Assembly (NCBI RefSeq): GCF_009914755.1
Contig: NC_060929.1
Reading direction: 5' to 3' (one strand)
Source: the human T2T-CHM13v2.0 reference genome, Homo sapiens
DNA length: 64,000 bases
In this document: one piece after another, positions 24,401 to 37,626 of the stretch
Layout of the letters: each line of letters starts with the position of its first letter
Numbering within the stretch: position 1 is the stretch's first letter
Position numbers and translations under genes: made by a program
The notes under the pieces: model-generated
The model's database searches: none
The model's input: only the letters and a program-made list of their open reading frames with translations
Told to the model about the DNA's origin: nothing

Positions 24401-27400
24401 ATCCAAAAAAAGTTTCAACTCGGAGAGTCGAATGCACATATCACAAAGCAGTTTCTGAGAATGCTTTCGTCTATTTTTCCCAGGAAGATATTTCCTTTTG
24501 GACCGTAGGCCTCAAATCGCTCCAGATATCCACATGCAGATTCTCCAAATGAGTGTTTCCAAACTGCCCTATCAAAGGGAAGGTTCACCTCTGGTAGTTG
24601 AATGCAAACATCACAGAGAAGTTTCTCAGAATGCTTCTGTCTAGTTGTCATAGGCAGATATTTCTTTTTCTACCATAGGCCTCAAAGCGCTCCAAATATC
24701 CACTTGCAGATTCTCCGAAAACAGTGTTTCAAAACTGCTCCATAAAAAGGAAGGTTCAACTCTGTGAGTTGAATGGACAGACCACAAAGAAGTTTCTGAG
24801 AATGCTTCTGTCTAGTGTTTATGTGAAGATATTCCCGTTTCCGATGAAGGCCTCAAAGCAGTCCAAATATCCACTTGCAGATTCTACAAAAATAGTGCTT
24901 CAAAACTACTCTATGGAAAGGTATGTTCAACACTGTGAGATGAATGCAAACGTCACAAAGAAGTTGCTGAGAATGCTTCAGTCTAGTTTCTATGGGAAGA
25001 CATTTCCTTTTGCACCACAGCCCTCAAAGCACTCCAAATGTCTACTTGCAGATTCGATAAAAGAGTTTTACAAAACTGCTCTATCAAAAGAAAGGTTCAA
25101 CGCTGTGAGTTGAATCCACATATCACGAAAAAGTTTCTGAGAATGCCTCTATCTACTTTTTATGTGAAGATATTCCGGTTTCCAACGAAGGCCTCAAAGC
25201 GCTCCAAATATCTACTGGCAGATTCTAGAAAAAGAGTGTTTCAAAACTGCTCTATTAAAGGAAGGTTCAACTCTGTGAGTTGAATTCACACATCACAAAG
25301 AACTTTCTGACAATGCTTCTATCTAGTTTTTATGTTAAGATATTACTGTTTCCCATGAAGGCCTCAAAGTGGTCCGAATATCCACTTGCAGATTCTACAA
25401 AAAGAGGTTTTCAAAACTGCTCTATGCAGAGGTATGTTCAACTCTGTGAGTTGAATGCAAACATCCCGAAGCAGTTTCTGAGAATGCTTCTGTCTAGTTT
25501 TTAGGGGCAGATATTTCCATTGGCACAATAGCCCTCAAAGCGCTCCAAATATCCACTGGCAGATTCTACCAAAAGAGTGTTTCAAAACTGCTCTGTGAAA
25601 AGAAACGTTCAACTGTGTTAGCTGAATGCCCACATCACAAAGAAGATTCTGAGAATATTTCTGTCTAGTTTTTATTAGAAGATATTCCCGTTTCCACCAA
25701 AGGACACAAAGCGAAGCCAACTATCCGCTTGCAGATCTTACAAAAACACGTTTCAAAACTGCTCTATCAAAGGAAAGGTTCATCTCTCTGGGTTCAACGC
25801 ACACATCACAAAGAAGTTTCTGAGAATGCTTCTGGCTAGTTCGTGTGTGAAGATATTCCCGTTTCCAACAAAGGCTTCAAAGCCCTCCAAATATTCACCT
25901 GCAATTGTTCAAAAGAGTGTTTCAAAACTGTTCTATCAAAAGGAAAGTTCAACTCTATGAGTTGAATGCATGCTTCACATAAATGGTTCTGAGAATGCTT
26001 CTTTCTAGTTTTTATGTGAAGATATTTCCTTCTCCACCATAGCCCTCAAAGCGCTCCAAGTGTCCGCTGGCAGATTCCACAGAAACAGTGTTTCAAAACT
26101 GCTCTAACAAAAGAAAGATTCAACTCCGCGATTTGAATGCACACATCACAAAGCATTTTCTGTGAATCCTTCTGTCTAGTTTTTATATGAGGATATTTCC
26201 TTTTCTACCACGGGCATCCAAGCGTTCCAATTCTCCAATTGTAGATTGCACAAACAGAGTGTTTCAAAACTGCTCCATGAGAAGGAAGATTCAAATTTGG
26301 GAGTACAATGCACACATCACGAAGAAGTTTCTGAGAATGCTTCTGTCCAGTTTATATGTGAAGATATTCCCATTTCCAGCAAAGGTCTCAAAGCGGTCCA
26401 AATATCCACTTGCGGATCCCACACACAGAGTGTTTCAAAGCTGCTCTACGGAAAGGTATGTTCAACTCTGTGAGTTTACTGCAAACATCCTAAAGAAGTT
26501 TCTGGGAATGCTGCTGTCTAGTTTAATGTGAATATCTTTTCTTTTCCGCCATAGCCCTCAAAGAGCTCCAAATATCCACTTTCAGATTCTACAGAGTGTT
26601 TCAAAACTGCTCTATCCAAAAAAAGTTTCAACTCGGTGAGTCGAATGCACATATCACAAAGCAGTTTCTGAGAATGCTTTCGTCTATTTTTCCCAGGAAG
26701 ATATTTCCTTTTGGACCGTAGGCCTCAAATCGCTCCAGATATCCACATGCAGATTCTGCAAAAAGAGTGTTTCCAAACTGCCCTATCAAAAGGAAGGTTC
26801 ACCTCTGGTAGTTGAATGCAAACATCACAAAGAAGTTTCTCAGAATGCTTCTGTCTAGTTGTCATAGGCAGATATTTCTTTTTCTACCATAGGCCTCAAA
26901 GCGCTCCAAATATCCACTTGCAGATTCTCCGAAAACAGTGTTTCAAAACTGCTCCATAAAAAGGAAGGTTCAACTCTGTGAGTTGAATGGACAGACCACA
27001 AAGAAGTTTCTGAGAATGCTTCTGTCTAGTGTTTATGTGAAGATATTCCCGTTTCCGATGAAGGCCTCAAAGCAGTCCAAATATCCACTTGCAGATTCTA
27101 CAAAAATAGTGCTTCAAAACTACTCTATGGAAAGGTATGTTCAACACTGTGAGATGAATGCAAACGTCACAAAGAAGTTGCTGAGAATGCTTCAGTCTAG
27201 TTTCTATGGGAAGACATTTCCTTTTGCACCACAGCCCTCAAAGCACTCCAAATGTCTACTTGCAGATTCGATAAAAGAGTTTTACAAAACTGCTCTATCA
27301 AAAGAAAGTTTCAACGCTGTGAGTTGAATCCACATATCACGAAAAAGTTTCTGAGAATGCCTCTATCTACTTTTTATGTGAAGATATTCCGGTTTCCAAC

Positions 27401-30400
27401 GAAGGCCTCAAAGCGCTCCAAATATCTACTGGCAGATTCTAGAAAAAGAGTGTTTCAAAACTGCTCTATTAAAGGAAGGTTCAACTCTGTGAGTTGAATT
27501 CACACATCACAAAGAACTTTCTGACAATGCTTCTATCTAGTTTTTATGTGAAGATACTACTGTTTCCCATGAAGGCCTCAAAGTGGTCCGAATATCCACT
27601 TGCAGATTCTACAAAAAGAGGTTTTCAAAACTGCTCTATGCAGAGGTATGTTCAACTCTGTGAGTTGAATGCAAACATCCCGAAGCAGTTTCTGAGAATG
27701 CTTCTGTCTAGTTTTTAGGGGCAGATATTTCCATTGGCACAATAGCCCTCAAAGCGCTCCAAATATCCACTGGCAGATTCTACCAAAAGAGTGTTTCAAA
27801 ACTGCTCTGTGAAAAGAAACGTTCAACTGTGTTAGCTGAATGCCCACATCACAAAGAAGATTCTGAGAATATTTCTGTCTAGTTTTTATTAGAAGATATT
27901 CCCGTTTCCACCAAAGGACACAAAGCGAAGCCAACTATCCGCTTGCAGATCTTACAAAAACACGTTTCAAAACTGCTCTATCAAAGGAAAGGTTCATCTC
28001 TCTGGGTTCAACGCACACATCACAAAGAAGTTTCTGAGAAAGCTTCTGGCTAGTTCGTGTGTGAAGATATTCCCGTTTCCAACAAAGGCTTCAAAGCCCT
28101 CCAAATATTCACCTGCAATTGTTCAAAAGAGTGTTTCAAAACTGTTCTATCAAAAGGAAGGTTCAACTCTGTGAGTTGAATGCACGCTTCACATAAATGG
28201 TTCTGAGAATGCTTCTTTCTAGTTTTTATGTGAAGATATTTCCTTCTCCACCATAGCCCTCAAAGCGCTCCAAGTGTCCGCTGGCAGATTCCACAGAAAC
28301 AGTGTTTCAAAACTGCTCTAACAAAAGAAAGATTCAACTCCGCGATTTGAATGCACACATCACAAAGCATTTTCTGTGAATCCTTCTGTCTAGTTTTTAT
28401 ATGAGGATATTTCCTTTTCTACCACGGGCATCCAAGCGTTCCAATTCTCCAATTGTAGATTGCACAAACAGAGTGTTTCAAAACTGCTCCATGAGAAGGA
28501 AGATTCAAATTTGGGAGTACAATGCACACATCACGAAGAAGTTTCTGAGAATGCTTCTGTCCAGTTTATATGTGAAGATATTCCCGTTTCCAGCAAAGGT
28601 CTCAAAGCGGTCCAAATATCCACTTGCGGATCCCACACACAGAGTGTTTCAAAGCTGCTCTACGGAAAGGTATGTTCAACTCTGTGAGTTTACAGCAAAC
28701 ATCCTAAAGAAGTTTCTGGGAATGCTGCTGTCTAGTTTAATGTGAATATCTTTTCTTTTCCGCCATAGCCCTCAAAGAGCTCCAAATATCCACTTTCAGA
28801 TTCTACAGAGTGTTTCAAAACTGCTCTATCCAAAAAAAGTTTCAACTCGGTGAGTCGAATGCACATATCACAAAGCAGTTTCTGAGAATGCTTTCGTCTA
28901 TTTTTCCCAGGAAGATATTTCCTTTTGGACCGTAGGCCTCAAATCGCTCCAGATATCCACATGCAGATTCTGCAAAAAGAGTGTTTCCAAACTGCCCTAT
29001 CAAAAGGAAGGTTCACCTCTGGTAGTTGAATGCAAACATCACAAAGAAGTTTCTCAGAATGCTTCTGTCTAGTTGTCATAGGCAGATATTTCTTTTTCTA
29101 CCATAAGCCTCAAAGCGCTCCAAATATCCACTTGCAGATTCTCCGAAAACAGTGTTTCAAAACTGCTCCATAAAAAGGAAGGTTCAACTCTGTGAGTTGA
29201 ATGGACAGACCACAAAGAAGTTTCTGAGAATGCTTCTGTCTAGTGTTTATGTGAAGATATTCCCGTTTCCGATGAAGGCCTCAAAGCAGTCCAAATATCC
29301 ACTTGCAGATTCTACAAAAATAGTGCTTCAAAACTACTCTATGGAAAGGTATGTTCAACACTGTGAGATGAATGCAAACGTCACAAAGAAGTTGCTGAGA
29401 ATGCTTCAGTCTAGTTTCTATGGGAAGACATTTCCTTTTGCACCACAGCCCTCAAAGCACTCCAAATGTCTACTTGCAGATTCGATAAAAGAGTTTTACA
29501 AAACTGCTCTATCAAAAGAAAGGTTCAACGCTGTGAGTTGAATCCACATATCACGAAAAAGTTTCTGAGAATGCCTCTATCTACTTTTTATGTGAAGATA
29601 TTCCGGTTTCCAACGAAGGCCTCAAAGCGCTCCAAATATCTACTGGCAGATTCTCGAAAAAGAGTGTTTCAAAACTGCTCTATTAAAGGAAGGTTCAACT
29701 CTGTGAGTTGAATTCACACATCACAAAGAACTTTCTGACAATGCTTCTATGTAGTTTTTATGTGAAGATATTACTGTTTCCCATGAAGGCCTCAAAGTGG
29801 TCCGAATATCCACTTGCAGATTCTACAAAAAGAGGTTTTCAAAACTGCTCTATGCAGAGGTATGTTCAACTCTGTGAGTTGAATGCAAACATCCCGAAGC
29901 AGTTTCTGAGAATGCTTCTGTCTAGTTTTTAGGGGCAGATATTTCCGTTGGCACAATAGCCCTCAAAGCGCTCCAAATATCCACTGGCAGATTCTACCAA
30001 AAGAGTGTTTCAAAACTGCTCTGTGAAAAGAAACGTTCAACTGTGTTAGCTGAATGCCCACATCACAAAGAAGATTCTGAGAATATTTCTGTCTAGTTTT
30101 TATTAGAAGATATTCCCGTTTCCACCAAAGGACACAAAGCGAAGCCAACTATCCGCTTGCAGATCTTACAAAAACACGTTTCAAAACTGCTCTATCAAAG
30201 GAAAGGTTCATCTCTCTGGGTTCAACGCACACATCACAAAGAAGTTTCTGAGAATGCTTCTGGCTAGTTCGTGTGTGAAGATATTCCCGTTTCCAACAAA
30301 GGCTTCAAAGCCCTCCAAATATTCACCTGCAATTGTTCAAAAGAGTGTTTCAAAACTGTTCTATCAAAAGGAAGGTTCAACTCTGTGAGTTGAATGCACG

Positions 30401-33198
30401 CTTCACATAAATGGTTCTGAGAATGCTTCTTTCTAGTTTTTATGTGAAGATATTTCCTTCTCCACCATAGCCCTCAAAGCGCTCCAAGTGTCCGCTGGCA
30501 GATTCCACAGAAACAGTGTTTCAAAACTGCTCTAACAAAAGAAAGATTCAACTCCGCGATTTGAATGCACACATCACAAAGCATTTTCTGTGAATCCTTC
30601 TGTCCAGTTTTTATATGAGGATATTTCCTTTTCTACCACGGGCAACCAAGCCTTCCAATTCTCCAATTGTAGATTGCACAAACAGAGTGTTTCAAAACTA
30701 CTCCATGAGAAGCAAGATTCCAATTTGGGAGTACAATGCACACGTCACGAAGAAGTTTCTGAGAATGCTTCTGTCCAGTTTATATGTGAAGATATTCCCG
30801 TTTCCAGCAAAGGTCTCAAAGCGGTCCAAATATCCACTTGCGGATCCCACACACAGAGTGTTTCAAAGCTGCTCTACGGAAAGGTATGTTCAACTCTGTG
30901 AGTTTACTGCAAACATCCTAAAGAAGTTTCTGGGAATGCTGCTGTCTAGTTTAATGTGAATATCTTTTCTTTTCCGCCATAGCCCTCAAAGAGCTCCAAA
31001 TATCCACTTTCAGATTCTACAGAGTGTTTCAAAACTGCTCTATCCAAAAAAAGTTTCAACTCGGAGAGTCGAATGCACATATCACAAACAGTTTCTGAGA
31101 ATGCTTTCGTCTATTTTTCCCCGGAAGATATTTCCTTTTGGACCGTAGGCCTCAAATCGCTCCAGATATCCACATGCAGATTCTACAAAAAGAGTGTTTC
31201 CAAACTGCCCTATGAAAAGGAAGGTTCACCTCTGGTAGTTGAATGCAAACATCACAAAGAAGTTTCTCAGAATGCTTCTGTCTAGTTGTCATAGGCAGAT
31301 ATTTCTTTTTCTACCATAGGCCTCAAAGCGCTCCAAATATCCACTTGCAGATTCTCCGAAAACAGTGTTTCAAAACTGCTCCATAAAAAGGAAGGTTCAA
31401 CTCTGTGAGTTGAATGGACAGACCACAAAGAAGTTTCTGAGAATGCTTCTGTCTAGTGTTTATGTGAAGATATTCCCGTTTCCGATGAAGGCCTCAAAGC
31501 AGTCCAAATATCCACTTGCAGATTCTACAAAAATAGTGCTTCAAAACTACTCTATGGAAAGGTATGTTCAACACTGTGAGATGAATGCAAACGTCACAAA
31601 GAAGTTGCTGAGAATGCTTCAGTCTAGTTTCTATGGGAAGACATTTCCTTTTGCACCACAGCCCTCAAAGCACTCCAAATGTCTACTTGCAGATTCGATA
31701 AAAGAGTTTTACAAAACTGCTCTATCAAAAGAAAGGTTCAACGCTGTGAGTTGAATCCACATATCACGAAAAAGTTTCTGAGAATGCCTCTATCTACTTT
31801 TTATGTGAAGATATTCCGGTTTCCAACGAAGGCCTCAAAGCGCTCCAAATATCTACTGGCAGATTCTAGAAAAAGAGTGTTTCAAAACTGCTCTATTAAA
31901 GGAAGGTTCAACTCTGTGAGTTGAATTCACACATCACAAAGAACTTTCTGACAATGCTTCTATCTAGTTTTTATGTGAAGATATTACTGTTTCCCATGAA
32001 GGCCTCAAAGTGGTCCGAATATCCACTTGCAGATTCTACAAAAAGAGGTTTTCAAAACTGCTCTATGCAGAGGTATGTTCAACTCTGTGAGTTGAATGCA
32101 AACATCCCGAAGCAGTTTCTGAGAATGCTTCTGTCTAGTTTTTAGGGGCAGATATTTCCATTGGCACATTAGCCCTCAAAGCGCTCCAAATATCCACTGG
32201 CAGATTCTACCAAAAGAGTGTTTCAAAACTGCTCTGTGAAAAGAAACGTTCAACTGTGTTAGCTGAATGCCCACATCACAAAGAAGATTCTGAGAATATT
32301 TCTGTCTAGTTTTTATTAGAAGATATTCCCGTTTCCACCAAAGGACACAAAGCGAAGCCAACTATCCGCTTGCAGATCTTACAAAAACACGTTTCAAAAC
32401 TGCTCTATCAAAGGAAAGGTTCATCTCTCTGGGTTCAACGCACACATCACAAAGAAGTTTCTGAGAAAGCTTCTGGCTAGTTCGTGTGTGAAGATATTCC
32501 CGTTTCCAACAAAGGCTTCAAAGCCCTCCAAATATTCACCTGCAATTGTTCAAAAGAGTGTTTCAAAACTGTTCTATCAAAAGGAAGGTTCAACTCTGTG
32601 AGTTGAATGCACGCTTCACATAAATGGTTCTGAGAATGCTTCTTTCTAGTTTTTATGTGAAGATATTTCCTTCTCCACCATAGCCCTCAAAGCGCTCCAA
32701 GTGTCCGCTGGCAGATTCCACAGAAACAGTGTTTCAAAACTGCTCTAACAAAAGAAAGATTCAACTCCGCGATTTGAATGCACACATCACAAAGCATTTT
32801 CTGTGAATCCTTCTGTCTAGTTTTTATATGAGGATATTTCCTTTTCTACCACGGGCATCCAAGCGTTCCAATTCTCCAATTGTAGATTGCACAAACAGAG
32901 TGTTTCAAAACTGCTCCATGAGAAGGAAGATTCAAATTTGGGAGTACAATGCACACATCACGAAGAAGTTTCTGAGAATGCTTCTGTCCAGTTTATATGT
33001 GAAGATATTCCCGTTTCCAGCAAAGGTCTCAAAGCGGTCCAAATATCCACTTGCGGATCCCACACACAGAGTGTTTCAAAGCTGCTCTACGGAAAGGTAT
33101 GTTCAACTCTGTGAGTTTACAGCAAACATCCTAAAGAAGTTTCTGGGAATGCTGCTGTCTAGTTTAATGTGAATATCTTTTCTTTTCCGCCATAGCCC
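15492..33198. repeat. Tandem duplication of a 4-HOR (52-monomer, 8853-8854 bp) block: U8-U11 and U12-U15
   Basis: Diagnostic variant sets recur at an offset of 8853-8854 bp: U8/U12, U9/U13, U10/U14 (variant ORFs 21736/30590) and U11/U15 (variant ORFs 22219/31073). Confidence 0.88.
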
Positions 33199-36100
33199 TC
33201 AAAGAGCTCCAAATATCCACTTTCAGATTCTACAGAGTGTTTCAAAACTGCTCTATCCAAAAAAAGTTTCAACTCGGTGAGTCGAATGCACATATCACAA
33301 AGCAGTTTCTGAGAATGCTTTCGTCTATTTTTCCCAGGAAGATATTTCCTTTTGGACCGTAGGCCTCAAATCGCTCCAGATATCCACATGCAGATTCTGC
33401 AAAAAGAGTGTTTCCAAACTGCCCTATCAAAAGGAAGGTTCACCTCTGGTAGTTGAATGCAAACATCACAAAGAAGTTTCTCAGAATGCTTCTGTCTAGT
33501 TGTCATAGGCAGATATTTCTTTTTCTACCATAGGCCTCAAAGCGCTCCAAATATCCACTTGCAGATTCTCCGAAAACAGTGTTTCAAAACTGCTCCATAA
33601 AAAGGAAGGTTCAACTCTGTGAGTTGAATGGACAGACCACAAAGAAGTTTCTGAGAATGCTTCTGTCTAGTGTTTATGTGAAGATATTCCCGTTTCCGAT
33701 GAAGGCCTCAAAGCAGTCCAAATATCCACTTGCAGATTCTACAAAAATAGTGCTTCAAAACTACTCTATGGAAAGGTATGTTCAACACTGTGAGATGAAT
33801 GCAAACGTCACAAAGAAGTTGCTGAGAATGCTTCAGTCTAGTTTCTATGGGAAGACATTTCCTTTTGCACCACAGCCCTCAAAGCACTCCAAATGTCTAC
33901 TTGCAGATTCGATAAAAGAGTTTTACAAAACTGCTCAATCAAAAGAAAGGTTCACCGCTGTGAGTTGAATCCACATATCACGAAAAAGTTTCTGAGAATG
34001 CCTCTATCTACTTTTTATGTGAAGATATTCCGGTTTCCAACGAAGGCCTCAAAGCGCTCCAAATATCTACTGGCAGATTCTAGAAAAAGAGTGTTTCAAA
34101 ACTGCTCTATTAAAGGAAGGTTCAACTCTCTGAGTTGAATTCACACATCACAAAGAACTTTCTGACAATGCTTCTATCTAGTTTTTATGTGAAGATATTA
34201 CTGTTTCCCATGAAGGCCTCAAAGTGGTCCGAATATCCACTTGCAGATTCTACAAAAAGAGGTTTTCAAAACTGCTCTATGCAGAGGTATGTTCAACTCT
34301 GTGAGTTGAATGCAAACATCCCGAAGCAGTTTCTGAGAATGCTTCTGTCTAGTTTTTAGGGGCAGATATTTCCGTTGGCACAATAGCCCTCAAAGCGCTC
34401 CAAATATCCACTGGCAGATTCTACCAAAAGAGTGTTTCAAAACTGCTCTGTGAAAAGAAACGTTCAACTGTGTTAGCTGAATGCCCACATCACAAAGAAG
34501 ATTCTGAGAATATTTCTGTCTAGTTTTTATTAGAAGATATTCCCGTTTCCACCAAAGGACACAAAGCGAAGCCAACTATCCGCTTGCAGATCTTACAAAA
34601 ACACGTTTCAAAACTGCTCTATCAAAGGAAAGGTTGATCTCTCTGGGTTCAACGCACACATCACAAAGAAGTTTCTGAGAATGCTTCTGGCTAGTTCGTG
34701 TGTGAAGATATTCCCGTTTCCAACAAAGGCTTCAAAGCCCTCCAAATATTCACCTGCAATTGTTCAAAAGAGTGTTTCAAAACTGTTCTATCAAAAGGAA
34801 GGTTCAACTCTGTGAGTTGAATGCACGCTTCACATAAATGGTTCTGAGAATGCTTCTTTCTAGTTTTTATGTGAAGATATTTCCTTCTCCACCATAGCCC
34901 TCAAAGCGCTCCAAGTGTCCGCTGGCAGATTCCACAGAAACAGTGTTTCAAAACTGCTCTAACAAAAGAAAGATTCAACTCCGCGATTTGAATGCACACA
35001 TCACAAAGCATTTTCTGTGAATCCTTCTGTCTAGTTTTTATATGAGGATATTTCCTTTTCTACCACGGGCATCCAAGCCTTCCAATTCTCCAATTGTAGA
35101 TTGCACAAACAGAGTGTTTCAAAACTGCTCCATGAGAAGCAAGATTCAAATTTGGGAGTACAATGCACACGTCACGAAGAAGTTTCTGAGAATGTTTCTG
35201 TCCAGTTTATATGTGAAGATATTCCCGTTTCCAGCAAAGGTCTCAAAGCGGTCCAAATATCCACTTGCGGATCCCACACACAGAGTTTTTCAAAGCTGCT
35301 CTACGGAAAGGTATGTTCAACTCTGTGAGTTTACTGCAAACATCCTAAAGAAGTTTCTGGGAATGCTGCTGTCTAGTTTAATGTGAATATCTTTTCTTTT
35401 CCGCCATAGCCCTCAAAGAGCTCCAAATATCCACTTTCAGATTCTACAGAGTGTTTCAAAACTGCTCTATCCAAAAAAAGTTTCAACTCGGAGAGTCGAA
35501 TGCACATATCACAAAGCAGTTTCTGAGAATGCTTTCGTCTATTTTTCCCAGGAAGATATTTCCTTTTGGACCGTAGGCCTCAAATCGCTCCAGATATCCA
35601 CATGCAGATTCTACAAAAAGAGTGTTTCCAAACTGCCCTATCAAAAGGAAGGTTCACCTCTGGTAGTTGAATGCAAACATCACAAAGAAGTTTCTCAGAA
35701 TGCTTCTGTCTAGTTGTCATAGGCAGATATTTCTTTTTCTACCATAGGCCTCAAAGCGCTCCAAATATCCACTTGCAGATTCTCCGAAAACAGTGTTTCA
35801 AAACTGCTCCATAAAAAGGAAGGTTCAACTCTGTGAGTTGAATGGACAGACCACAAAGAAGTTTCTGAGAATGCTTCTGTCTAGTGTTTATGTGAAGATA
35901 TTCCCGTTTCCGATGAAGGCCTCAAAGCAGTCCAAATATCCACTTGCAGATTCTACAAAAATAGTGCTTCAAAACTACTCTATGGAAAGGTATGTTCAAC
36001 ACTGTGAGATGAATGCAAACGTCACAAAGAAGTTGCTGAGAATGCTTCAGTCTAGTTTCTATGGGAAGACATTTCCTTTTGCACCACAGCCCTCAAAGCA

Positions 36101-37626
36101 CTCCAAATGTCTACTTGCAGATTCGATAAAAGAGTTTTACAAAACTGCTCTATCAAAAGAAAGGTTCAACGCTGTGAGTTGAATCCACATATCACGAAAA
36201 AGTTTCTGAGAATGCCTCTATCTACTTTTTATGTGAAGATATTCCGGTTTCCAACGAAGGCCTCAAAGCGCTCCAAATATCTACTGGCAGATTCTAGAAA
36301 AAGAGTGTTTCAAAACTGCTCTATTAAAGGAAGGTTCAACTCTCTGAGTTGAATTCACACATCACAAAGAACTTTCTGACAATGCTTCTATCTAGTTTTT
36401 ATGTGAAGATATTACTGTTTCCCATGAAGGCCTCAAAGTGGTCCGAATATCCACTTGCAGATTCTACAAAAAGAGGTTTTCAAAACTGCTCTATGCAGAG
36501 GTATGTTCAACTCTGTGAGTTGAATGCAAACATCCCGAAGCAGTTTCTGAGAATGCTTCTGTCTAGTTTTTAGGGGCAGATATTTCCGTTGGCACAATAG
36601 CCCTCAAAGCGCTCCAAATATCCACTGGCAGATTCTACCAAAAGAGTGTTTCAAAACTGCTCTGTGAAAAGAAACGTTCAACTGTGTTAGCTGAATGCCC
36701 ACATCACAAAGAAGATTCTGAGAATATTTCTGTCTAGTTTTTATTAGAAGATATTCCCGTTTCCACCAAAGGACACAAAGCGAAGCCAACTATCCGCTTG
36801 CAGATCTTACAAAAACACGTTTCAAAACTGCTCTATCAAAGGAAAGGTTCATCTCTCTGGGTTCAACGCACACATCACAAAGAAGTTTCTGAGAATGCTT
36901 CTGGCTAGTTCGTGTGTGAAGATATTCCCGTTTCCAACAAAGGCTTCAAAGCCCTCCAAATATTCACCTGCAATTGTTCAAAAGAGTGTTTCAAAACTGT
37001 TCTATCAAAAGGAAGGTTCAACTCTGTGAGTTGAATGCACGCTTCACATAAATGGTTCTGAGAATGCTTCTTTCTAGTTTTTATGTGAAGATATTTCCTT
37101 CTCCACCATAGCCCTCAAAGCGCTCCAAGTGTCCGCTGGCAGATTCCACAGAAACAGTGTTTCAAAACTGCTCTAACAAAAGAAAGATTCAACTCCGCGA
37201 TTTGAATGCACACATCACAAAGCATTTTCTGTGAATCCTTCTGTCTAGTTTTTATATGAGGATATTTCCTTTTCTACCACGGGCATCCAAGCCTTCCAAT
37301 TCTCCAATTGTAGATTGCACAAACAGAGTGTTTCAAAACTGCTCCATGAGAAGCAAGATTCAAATTTGGGAGTACAATGCACACGTCACGAAGAAGTTTC
37401 TGAGAATGTTTCTGTCCAGTTTATATGTGAAGATATTCCCGTTTCCAGCAAAGGTCTCAAAGCGGTCCAAATATCCACTTGCGGATCCCACACACAGAGT
37501 TTTTCAAAGCTGCTCTACGGAAAGGTATGTTCAACTCTGTGAGTTTACTGCAAACATCCTAAAGAAGTTTCTGGGAATGCTGCTGTCTAGTTTAATGTGA
37601 ATATCTTTTCTTTTCCGCCATAGCCC

